From an uncultured delta proteobacterium (GTDB taxonomy: Bacteria; Desulfobacterota; Binatia; Binatales; Binataceae): DNA of 64,000 bases. The stretch spans positions 158,364-222,363 of the forward strand of contig CAVTIS010000004.1 of the NCBI GenBank assembly GCA_963734845.1, read 5' to 3'. Position numbers and translations under genes: made by a program. Below the pieces are notes generated by a model that did not search any database, was not told the origin of the DNA, and saw nothing but the letters and a program-made list of their open reading frames with translations. This document shows positions 21,116-30,535 of this stretch, one piece after another (position 1 is the first letter of the stretch; each line of letters begins with the position of its first letter).

Positions 21116-23212
21116 TCAGGCGCGACGGCGGCGGATTTCGCACGCGCGCGGGAATTCGATGGTGAAAGTCGAGCCCTCGCCCTTGCGGCTGGTGGCGGAG
21201 ATACGCGCGCCGCCGAGTTCGACGCACTTGCGCGCGAAGGCCAGCCCCAGTCCCGCGCCCTCGAAGCGCCGGCTATGGCCGGTCTGCTCCTGCGAGAACG
21301 GCTCGAACAGCCGCGGCAGGTAGTCGTTGTCGATACCGATGCCGGTATCGCGGACCTCGAGTTTCAGCGTGCCGGTGTTGTCGCGATCGAGCCCGAGGAC
21401 GATCTCGCCGCGGTCGGTGAACTTGATCGCGTTTTGCAGCAGGTTGGTCAGCGCGGTTTGCAGGCAGAATTCGTCGAAACGAATGGTGGCTTCGGTCTCC
21501 GCGATTTCGAGTCGCAGCTTGAGCCCCTTTTCGTCGGCCAGCACACTGAGATCGTTGGCCTGGTCCTCGATAAACGGGGCGAGCGCGATCGCTGAAGGAT
21601 TAAGCGCCAGCGCTCCGGCTTCCAGCCGCGAGTAGTCGAGGATCTGCTGGATAGTGGTCAGCAGGCGGCGCCCGGCGCGCCCGAGCGCTTCGAGATAGGT
21701 GTCCTGAGTATGGTCGCCGATATTGGCCAGATGCTCGCCGACCAGATCGGTGTATCCCAGGATGACATTGAGTGGCGTGCGAATTTCATGGCTGGTATTG
21801 GCTAGGAAGGCGGACTTCAGGCGTGTCGATTCCAGTGCGGCGTCGCGCGCGCTGGCGAGTTCGATATCGGCCGCGCGGCGCTCGGTGATGTCGCGGAGCA
21901 CCGTCACTACCCGCGGCCCGACACCCAGATCGACCATCACCGCGGAGAGCAGGGTGGGCACGGTCCGGCCGTCACGCGTGCGCAGGTCGGCCTCAAAACT
22001 GTTTACCGCTCCGCGCTCGAGGAGCTCGCGCCCGAAACGCCGATACTCCGCCGAATCCACGAAGAGCGCGAGCTCACGCGGATCTTTGCCCAACGCCTGC
22101 TCGCGGCTGTGGCCATAGACGCGGCTGAACGCGCTGTTGACGTCGACGGTTCGGCCGTCACCTGGGGTTGCGATCACGATCGCGTCCTGGCCGCTATCGA
22201 AGATGCCGCGAAAGCGCCGCTCGCTTTCGCGCAGATCCTCCAGCATCCTTTCGCGCGCGCTGACGTCGCGCGCGTTTCCTACCAGGCATCGCGCGCCCTT
22301 GATGTCGAGCACGGGGCGAGCGTTCCACTCCAGCACCCGCCACGAGCCGTCCTTGTGGCGGATTCGGGAGTGCAGCATCCGCTCTTCTGCGCCCTGAAGG
22401 ACAATGTGGCGCAGGTTGTCGCCAACCGCCTCGCGCTCGTCGGGATGGCATAAATCAAGCGCGCTCTTGCCGACTAACTCCTCGCCTTTGTAGCCAAGAA
22501 TCCTTTCTATGGAAGCGCTGACGAACTGGAACCTGTGATCCATATCCATGACCACTACGAGATCGCTGGTGTTTTCAATGAGTGAACGGAAGTAGCGCTC
22601 GCTCGCGCGCAACTCGCGCTCGCTCTGGCTCTGTCGGATAGCCAAACCCAGAATGTTGGCGACCGACTGGAGAAAATTCACCTCGTCATGGCTGTATTGA
22701 CGTTCCTGCCGATGATGGGCCGAGAGCACACCGTAGGGCCGGTCGCGGCCGTGAATTACGATCGTCACGCCACTGCGCAGGCCGCACTGCTCCGCGATGG
22801 CGCTTTGCAGGCGCCGCTCGCTGCTGAAGTCTGTCACGACCACGGGAGCGTTGACCAGCAAAGCATAGCCGGCGTGCGAACGAGCGCCCGCCTCCGCGAT
22901 CATGGCTCGCACCACGTCCGGTTCCCATCCGGCGCCGGCCCGGCCGATCAGGGTCTCGCGGTCCGGGCGCAACTCGGTCACCGTGGCATAGTCAATTCGC
23001 AAGGTCTGACGGACCAGGCGGGTGGCTTCTTCGAACAATTGCTGCGGGTCGCCGCCAATCAGCGCGTGTTGGCTGAGCGAGGCTACGACCGACTGCTGAA
23101 GAGCATAGTCGTCGCGAGAAACGGTGGCATCGCCCAAGCTCTTGTCGACCATCGCCGCGTCGCCCGCGTGCGATGATCGAATGGCAGTAGGAACGTTATT
23201 GACCTGCGCCAT
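21116..23212 (-). CDS. sensor histidine kinase with GAF and tandem PAS domains
   Basis: HisKA H-box NTSHEIRTPLNVILGY; HATPase G-boxes DTGIGI and GAGLGLA; upstream GAF/PAS-like segments; start set at MAQVNN. Confidence 0.8.
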   Translation of the reverse strand: MAQVNNVPTAIRSSHAGDAAMVDKSLGDATVSRDDYALQQSVVASLSQHALIGGDPQQLFEEATRLVRQTLRIDYATVTELRPDRETLIGRAGAGWEPDVVRAMIAEAGARSHAGYALLVNAPVVVTDFSSERRLQSAIAEQCGLRSGVTIVIHGRDRPYGVLSAHHRQERQYSHDEVNFLQSVANILGLAIRQSQSERELRASERYFRSLIENTSDLVVVMDMDHRFQFVSASIERILGYKGEELVGKSALDLCHPDEREAVGDNLRHIVLQGAEERMLHSRIRHKDGSWRVLEWNARPVLDIKGARCLVGNARDVSARERMLEDLRESERRFRGIFDSGQDAIVIATPGDGRTVDVNSAFSRVYGHSREQALGKDPRELALFVDSAEYRRFGRELLERGAVNSFEADLRTRDGRTVPTLLSAVMVDLGVGPRVVTVLRDITERRAADIELASARDAALESTRLKSAFLANTSHEIRTPLNVILGYTDLVGEHLANIGDHTQDTYLEALGRAGRRLLTTIQQILDYSRLEAGALALNPSAIALAPFIEDQANDLSVLADEKGLKLRLEIAETEATIRFDEFCLQTALTNLLQNAIKFTDRGEIVLGLDRDNTGTLKLEVRDTGIGIDNDYLPRLFEPFSQEQTGHSRRFEGAGLGLAFARKCVELGGARISATSRKGEGSTFTIEFPRACEIRRRRA

Positions 23213-23402
23213 AAGTCGCCTGGTCACCGCACGCCTTTTGCAATTGTTACCTACGTTACTCTTTAGCCCAGCATAAGCAAGCACGCAAAGGAGCGACGGT
23301 TTCGTTCTTTGGCGGAGACGCTATTCGCTCGACGCTCGAGGCCTCAACCGTGGCACCGGCATCGCCGGTCCGCTTCTCTCGGCTTGACGCTCGCGCGAGC
23401 CG

Positions 23403-23421
23403 GATGATAATAATTATCATC
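23403..23421. promoter_or_regulatory. Fur/PerR-type operator (perfect 19-bp 9-1-9 palindrome)
   Basis: GATGATAAT-A-ATTATCATC, an AT-only perfect palindrome in a GC-rich genome, about 100 bp upstream of the rubrerythrin ATG. Confidence 0.6.
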
Positions 23422-23523
23422 TGGCCGGGCGAGCAAAATCACTTTAGAAAGCGCCGCGGCGACGCGCCGCGCGAGCTGCGCCGCCGGCCATTAACCGCGC
23501 ATACGCTCAGGGAGAGAGCAACA

Positions 23524-23940
23524 ATGAACAATCTGAAAGGAACCAAGACACACGCCAACCTTAAGGATGCCTTTGCCGGCGAGAGCCAGGCCAATCGGCG
23601 CTACCTGTACTTTGCCAAGATTGCCGACGTGGAGGGCCAGCCGGAAATCGCAGGGCTCTTCCGCGATACTGCGGAGGGCGAGACCGGGCACGCTCACGGC
23701 CATCTCGACTATCTCAAGCAGGTCGGCGATCCGGCCACTGACCAGCCGATCGGCGACAGCATGCTCAATCTAAAGTCGGCCGTCCACGGCGAGACCTACG
23801 AGTATACGAACATGTATCCCGGGATGGCGAAGACCGCTCGCGAAGAGGGTTTTACGGAGATCGCCGACTGGTTCGAGACTCTGGCCAAGGCCGAGAAGTC
23901 GCACGCCGGTCGCTTCCAGAAAGCCACCACTACGCTTTAA
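23524..23940 (+). CDS. rubrerythrin-family diiron protein (no rubredoxin domain)
   Basis: ferritin-like diiron ligand motifs E..GE...[25 protein letters not shown]...EEG; RBS GGGAGAGAG before the ATG at 23524. Confidence 0.8.
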   Translation: MNNLKGTKTHANLKDAFAGESQANRRYLYFAKIADVEGQPEIAGLFRDTAEGETGHAHGHLDYLKQVGDPATDQPIGDSMLNLKSAVHGETYEYTNMYPGMAKTAREEGFTEIADWFETLAKAEKSHAGRFQKATTTL

Positions 23941-24120
23941 CGGCGGCCGCCCTGTTAGGTCGTGGCATGCGGGCGCGCCGCGCTCGTTTGCATCTATTCG
24001 AAATTCCGGCCCGCCGGACACCGTTGGGCGTCTGGCGGGCCGGCTCGCGCGTCACCGGCCGTAGTGTACTGCCACAACCTCGATGCCGTAACTTCGACGT
24101 GCCACCCGAGAGCCGCTTAA

Positions 24121-25467
24121 ATGGAACGTATCCAGTCGCGACCGACCGACGCTCTTTCGTACAATCAAAACGAGCCCAAGTACTGGGATCGCGCGGCCCT
24201 CGACCAGGAAATCGAGCGCGTGTTCGACATCTGCGCGGGCTGTCGGCTGTGCTTCAACCTGTGCCCGTCGTTCCCGGAGCTGTTCGGGGCGCTCGATAGC
24301 GGCGACGGCGACGTGCGCAGCCTGAGCGCGGCGCACAAGCAACGCGTGATCGATCTGTGTTACGGCTGCAAGCTGTGCGAGGTGCGATGCCCATACACGC
24401 CGCACGACGGCCACGAGTTCCAGCTCGACTTCCCGCGCCTGATGCTGCGGGCGCGCGCGGTCGAAGGCCGCGAACAGGGAATCGGCATGCGCGAAAAGAT
24501 GCTGGGCAATCCGGACCGCCTGGGCAAGGTCGGGAGCATTGTGCCGAAGCTCGCCAATTGGGCCTGCCGCAGCCCTTTTCAGCGCGCGATGATGGAGAAG
24601 ATGCTCGGCATCTCGCGCGCCAAGCAACTGCCTGAGTTTGCCGGCGAAACCTTCGACGCGTGGCTACAGCGCACGGGAATTCCGGCCGCGCCGGCCGAGC
24701 CCGCGGCCAAGGTCGCCATCTTTCATACCTGCTTCGTCAACTACTACAATCCGGCGCCCGGGCGCGCGCTGGTCTCGGTGCTGGCCCGCAATCGATGCTC
24801 GATGGCGTCGCCGGCGCAGAACTGCTGCGGGATGCCGGCGCTGGACGGCGGCGACGTCGCTTTTGCGCAAAAGCTCGCGCGCGCCAACGTGGCCTCGATG
24901 CTGCCGCTGGTGCGCCAGGGCTATCGCATCGCCGCGATCAATCCGACCTGCTCGCTGATGATGCGCGCGGAATATCCGGACCTGCTCGATACCGCCGAGG
25001 GGCGCGAGCTCGCTGCGGCGGTCGTCGACCCGCACGAGCTGCTCTATGCGCTCCGGCGCGAGGGCAAATTTGACCGCGATTTTCGCACCACGCCGGGCAA
25101 GGTCGCCTATCACGTGCCGTGTCATCTCAAGGCCCAGAACGTGGGCCTGCGCTCGCGCGATCTTATCCGATCGATCCCGGGCGCGGAGGTCGTGACGGTG
25201 GACGCCTGCACGGCTCACGACGGCACCTGGGCGATGAAGAGGGAGTTTTTCGAGCTGTCGATGAAGTGGGGAGCGAAGGCCTTCGCCGGAATGAAGGACG
25301 CCGAAGCGCAGGTGTTGGCCACCGACTGTCCGCTCGCCGCGATCCAGATCGAGCAGGCCATCGGCGTGCGCCCGCTCAACCCGGTCGAGATTCTGGCGCG
25401 CGCTTACGAGGCCGACGGCTTCGCCGCGCCAGTGCCGCCGCCGGAGCCGCCCGCCGTCGAGGAGTGA
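24121..25467 (+). CDS. Fe-S oxidoreductase with two 4Fe-4S ferredoxin motifs and CCG domains (GlcF/GlpC/HdrD-like)
   Basis: CAGCRLCFNLCP and CYGCKLCEVRCP (CxxCxxCxxxCP); C-terminal Cys-rich CCG segment (NCCGMPA). Confidence 0.7.
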   Translation: MERIQSRPTDALSYNQNEPKYWDRAALDQEIERVFDICAGCRLCFNLCPSFPELFGALDSGDGDVRSLSAAHKQRVIDLCYGCKLCEVRCPYTPHDGHEFQLDFPRLMLRARAVEGREQGIGMREKMLGNPDRLGKVGSIVPKLANWACRSPFQRAMMEKMLGISRAKQLPEFAGETFDAWLQRTGIPAAPAEPAAKVAIFHTCFVNYYNPAPGRALVSVLARNRCSMASPAQNCCGMPALDGGDVAFAQKLARANVASMLPLVRQGYRIAAINPTCSLMMRAEYPDLLDTAEGRELAAAVVDPHELLYALRREGKFDRDFRTTPGKVAYHVPCHLKAQNVGLRSRDLIRSIPGAEVVTVDACTAHDGTWAMKREFFELSMKWGAKAFAGMKDAEAQVLATDCPLAAIQIEQAIGVRPLNPVEILARAYEADGFAAPVPPPEPPAVEE

Positions 25468-25471
25468 AACC

Positions 25472-26056
25472 GTGAAACCGATAACTCCCCCCGAAGTACT
25501 GCCGGTTACGACCTATGACCGCGTGCGGCCCCTGCTGCGCCCACTATGCATCGCCGAAAAGACGCGCCGTCGCCTCGCCGTCGGTCCTCATCTCACGCTG
25601 ATGTTCGAAAACCGTCAGACGGTCTGGTACCAAATCCAGGAAATCCTGCGCACCGAGCGCATCTTCGAGGAGGCCGCGGTCAACGCCGAGGTCGAGACCT
25701 ATAACGAACTTCTGCCGCGCCCGGGCGAACTCTTTGCCACCCTGCTCATCGAGTATGCGGACCCGGCCGAACGCGACGTCGAGCTTGCCCGCCTGGTGGG
25801 TCTGGAGCGCCATTTGTGGATCGTTCTTGACGGACGCCGCGTCGGCGCCCGCTTCGATGAACGCCAAATGTCGCCGGATCAGATAAGCGCGGTGCAGTTC
25901 ATCGCTTTTCCGCTGGGCGCGGAAGCCGGCCGTTTTGGAGAGCTGGCGGCAGTCGGCAAGGCCGCAATCGAAGTTGACCATCCGCATCTCTCCGTCACGG
26001 CTCCAATTGAAGGCCCACTCGCAGAGGCGCTTAGCGACGATCTGCGCCCCGATTAG
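25472..26056 (+). CDS. DUF3501-like uncharacterised protein
   Basis: about 190-aa protein immediately downstream of the CCG Fe-S gene on the same strand; DUF assignment is from memory of family context and is uncertain. Confidence 0.35.
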   Translation: MKPITPPEVLPVTTYDRVRPLLRPLCIAEKTRRRLAVGPHLTLMFENRQTVWYQIQEILRTERIFEEAAVNAEVETYNELLPRPGELFATLLIEYADPAERDVELARLVGLERHLWIVLDGRRVGARFDERQMSPDQISAVQFIAFPLGAEAGRFGELAAVGKAAIEVDHPHLSVTAPIEGPLAEALSDDLRPD

Positions 26057-26350
26057 GCCCTTTTTTTCTTCCTGCGCCAACGATCACTTACTCGGTCTGC
26101 GGCCTTGGAAACCGTTTTTCCAAGAGCATCTCCGCGGCCGGGATAGTTAGCTGGATTGCTTCATATGATAACTTGAGCTACATTTAAGCGCCTTACTTAT
26201 ATCTAAGACGCGCATCTATGAATCCGCGTGATTTACCTGCTTGCCACAGCACGCCTGTTTATGAGGAATATGGAGACCGTAAGCAATCAGCAAAGCTGCT
26301 TTTAGTCTAACTTAACTGAGCACTGTGGGCGATTGAATTGAATTAGCCGG

Positions 26351-28231
26351 ATGACCGCTATCGCCGAAAAGCTTGCCATCTGCTCTGCTGCGGCCTTCGG
26401 CCTGTCCGTCGCCCTGACGCCTGCGGCCAAGGCGCTCGCCGCGCGCTTCAACATCGTCGCCTCACCTAGCGAAGAGTCGGGCCATCCGGAACCGACGCCG
26501 GTGCTCGGCGGCGTGGCGATCGTGGTTGCCGTGATCGTGGCGCTCGGCCTTGCGGGCGAGCTGCCACTGTGGACGCTCGCCGGAATGCTGGCATTGCTGG
26601 CGGTCGGCACGCTCGACGACGTGGTCGCGTTGAAACCGTCGCACAAACTGCTTGCGCAGTTGATAGTGGTCGCGTTCTTCTTTTGGGCTTCGCCGGCCGC
26701 GCCCGAGGTCACGCGCTGGCCGCTAGTCAATCTGGGGCTGGCCGGCTTCTTCATGGTTGCCGCGATCAACGCCTTCAACCTGGTTGATGGGCTCGACGGC
26801 TTGGCCGCCGGGGTCGGAATTGCCGCGATGGGGGCAGTGGGCGTCGTCGCATGGTGGTCGCGCGACGCGGGGTTGGCATGCGGGGCATTGGCGGCCGCTG
26901 GGGCGTTGGGCGGCTTTTTGTTCTTCAACTTCTATCCGGCGTCGATTTTCATGGGCGACGGCGGCGCACTACCCATGGGTTTTTTGCTTGGAGCCCTGGC
27001 GCTGCAGGGCGCCGGGTTGCAGCGTAACTCGCATCTTTCGTGCGCGGTCTTTCCGGTGCTGGTTATGCTGGTGCCGCTGCTCGACACCGCTATTGTGACG
27101 ATGTCGCGGCTGGCCACGGGAAACCCGATTTCGCGACGCGGCCTGGACCATTCGCATCATCGTCTGCTGATGCTGGGGCTCACGGTGCGGCGCGCAGTGG
27201 TCGTCAGCTGGATGCTAGCGGCGGCAAGCGCACTGCTGGCGGCGGGCGAGAGCCTCTTGTCGCATGTTTATTTGCTGAGCGCTCTCCCCTTCGTGATCGC
27301 AGGAATCGGGGTGATTGGATTGTTCATGGTCGATCTGACTTTCGAGAATCGCGCGCCCGGCATGGACTACGGCTACTTGCAGGGCCTCGCGCGCTACCTC
27401 TTAAGCCTCGGTTACAAGCGGCGTCTGGCGGAAGCGGTGCTCGATTTCGCGCTCATTCCGGCGGCGTATTTCGGCGCCTGTCTGCTGCGGCGCGATTTCA
27501 AGCTCACTGACCCGCAGATCCTTTCGATGATGACGAGCACGCCGGTGTTTTTCGCCGCCACCTACCTCGCCTTCGTGCTGACCGGTGTTTACCGCGGAAT
27601 CTGGCGCTACGCCGGAATCGCCGACATCATTCGCTTCGCCAATGGCTCGCTGCTGGCTGGCATCCTGGTCGCGGTCACCTCGCTGTTCATCCCGATTGAG
27701 GTGTCGGGGTCCGTCGCCGTCCTGTACGTGGTGCTGCTCTTCAACCTGCTGGTGTTCACGCGCGTGTCGTTCCAGCTTCAGCGCCGCGCCCTCGGGCTGT
27801 TGGCGCTGCCGACCGAGCGGGTGCTTATAGTCGGAGCGGGCCGGATGGGCGAGGCGGCCGTGCGCTACATCTTCTCGGGCAGCGACCGGCGAATGCGGCT
27901 AGTCGGATTCGTCGACGACGATGCCTTCAAGGAAGGGAAGCTCGTTCACGGTCATCAGGTGCTCGGCCCGCTCGACGAACTGGCCCGGACCTACACGGCC
28001 ACGGGCTTTCATCGGATTCTTATCGCCGCCGACGCGATCGGCGAGGAACGTCTTGCGCTAGTCAAGGCATTCGCCGATGCTCATGATCTGCCGCTCCAGC
28101 GCTTCTCGATCGAAGTCAACGAATTCGTGCCGATCGTCGCTGGCGACAACAATGGCCGTGGCACGGGCGAAGATAACGCTGCAGTCATCGAAGCGCCTGC
28201 GCCCGCTGTCGTGCGGCCTTCGATCGCTTGA
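26351..28231 (+). CDS. glycosyltransferase family 4 (WecA/MraY-like polyprenyl-phosphate HexNAc-1-P transferase) fused to a C-terminal TM + Rossmann/CoA-binding-like domain
   Basis: GTLDDVVALKP, NAFNLVDGLDGLAAG, FMGDGGALPMG, DHSHHRL (GT4 motifs); C-terminal VLIVGAGRMGEAAVRY...LVGFVDDD resembles the N-terminal module of WbaP/CapD-type proteins. Confidence 0.7.
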   Translation: MTAIAEKLAICSAAAFGLSVALTPAAKALAARFNIVASPSEESGHPEPTPVLGGVAIVVAVIVALGLAGELPLWTLAGMLALLAVGTLDDVVALKPSHKLLAQLIVVAFFFWASPAAPEVTRWPLVNLGLAGFFMVAAINAFNLVDGLDGLAAGVGIAAMGAVGVVAWWSRDAGLACGALAAAGALGGFLFFNFYPASIFMGDGGALPMGFLLGALALQGAGLQRNSHLSCAVFPVLVMLVPLLDTAIVTMSRLATGNPISRRGLDHSHHRLLMLGLTVRRAVVVSWMLAAASALLAAGESLLSHVYLLSALPFVIAGIGVIGLFMVDLTFENRAPGMDYGYLQGLARYLLSLGYKRRLAEAVLDFALIPAAYFGACLLRRDFKLTDPQILSMMTSTPVFFAATYLAFVLTGVYRGIWRYAGIADIIRFANGSLLAGILVAVTSLFIPIEVSGSVAVLYVVLLFNLLVFTRVSFQLQRRALGLLALPTERVLIVGAGRMGEAAVRYIFSGSDRRMRLVGFVDDDAFKEGKLVHGHQVLGPLDELARTYTATGFHRILIAADAIGEERLALVKAFADAHDLPLQRFSIEVNEFVPIVAGDNNGRGTGEDNAAVIEAPAPAVVRPSIA

Positions 28232-28404
28232 CGAGATGCCTTTGGGGGGTAAACGCCCCGGCGGGCGTCGGCGAGCCTGTTTGCCGGGCAGACTGGTGCG
28301 CCTTGCCATCCTCTGGCATTGTAGGAGGAGCGGCGCTACCGGATGTGGTGCCTAGACGTCTAAGATGACGTCAAGACGAGCGCCTGAAAGGGGCTGCAAC
28401 AGTC

Positions 28405-28767
28405 ATGAGTCGCGCGCGCAAGCCGGTCAAAATTGTGCCTAAAGGGTGGGGTCGCGAGGTATGGATCGTCAATGGCGAACTCTACTGCGGCAAAATCCTT
28501 GAGATTCGCAAGGGCAAGCGCTGCTCGCTACATTTTCACAAGCTCAAGACCGAGTCGTTCTACTTGCGCGCGGGCCGGCTCAAGGTGCGCGTTAAGGAAT
28601 CGCCGGACTCCGAAGTAATCGAGGAGTTCGAACTCACGGCTGGTGAGTGCATGGACGTTCCGCTCGGCCTGGTGCACCAAATGGAAGCGCTTGAGGACGC
28701 CGAGTTGTTCGAGTTCTCCACCCAGCACTTCGAGAGCGATTCGCATCGTCTCGTGCCCGGCGACTAA
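28405..28767 (+). CDS. cupin-domain protein (phosphomannose isomerase type II C-terminal-like)
   Basis: PKGWGREVWIVNGELYCGKILEIRKGKRCSLHFHKLKTESFYL resembles the PMI/ManC cupin. Confidence 0.55.
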   Translation: MSRARKPVKIVPKGWGREVWIVNGELYCGKILEIRKGKRCSLHFHKLKTESFYLRAGRLKVRVKESPDSEVIEEFELTAGECMDVPLGLVHQMEALEDAELFEFSTQHFESDSHRLVPGD

Positions 28768-28794
28768 ACGGCGCTGGCGGACACAGGAAAATCG

Positions 28795-29811
<1,017 letters not shown>

Positions 29812-29956
29812 CTTTCGCAGAGGTTCCCGCGCGCTTAGGATTCCGGCCGCGCCATCGCGCCTTTGAGCATTTTCTTTTTCCGATCGCATAGAACTTCGCG
29901 ATTGCAGTTCCATTGGCCTTGCCCTCGACCGCCATTTCGCGAAAGTATGATCCGAC

Positions 29957-30535
29957 ATGGCTGAGCGGAGACGCAGATTTTCGGCTTTCATGGTGCGCGG
30001 CGGTCTCGCGCGCCACTCGCTTAACGACGAGAGCGCGGCCTTCCCGGAGAGCTTCGCGCTCACGCGGCTGCACGACGCCGTGCAGTGGGCGCGCAAGTAT
30101 TCCTTTTTCACCTACCCGTTCGTGACCGCGTGTTGCGGGATGGAATATTTCTCGGTCGCCGGCCCGCGCTACGACATCGACCGCTTCGGTGCGGCATTGC
30201 CGCGGTTCACTCCGCGCCAGGCCGATCTGTTGTTCGTGGTCGGCACCATCACGCAGCGCCAGGCGCCGATCCTGCGCCGCGTGTGGGAGCAGATGGCGGA
30301 GCCAAAATGGGTGGTATCGTTCGGCGCCTGCACCAGTTCGGGCGGCCCCTACGACAACTACGCTGTGCTACAGGGCATCGACCGCATCATTCCGGTCGAC
30401 GTCTACATTCCCGGATGTCCGCCGCGCCCCGAGGCCGTCCTCGACGGCCTGATCAAGCTGCAGTACCGCGTCCAGAACGAACGTCAGCCTCAACTGTGGT
30501 CCAGTCTCCATGGCAGCGGACGCAAGCTCGACTAA
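29957..30535 (+). CDS. nuoB: NADH-quinone oxidoreductase subunit B
   Basis: N2 cluster motifs CCGMEYF, GACTSSGGPYD, IPGCPPRPE. Confidence 0.9.
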   Translation: MAERRRRFSAFMVRGGLARHSLNDESAAFPESFALTRLHDAVQWARKYSFFTYPFVTACCGMEYFSVAGPRYDIDRFGAALPRFTPRQADLLFVVGTITQRQAPILRRVWEQMAEPKWVVSFGACTSSGGPYDNYAVLQGIDRIIPVDVYIPGCPPRPEAVLDGLIKLQYRVQNERQPQLWSSLHGSGRKLD

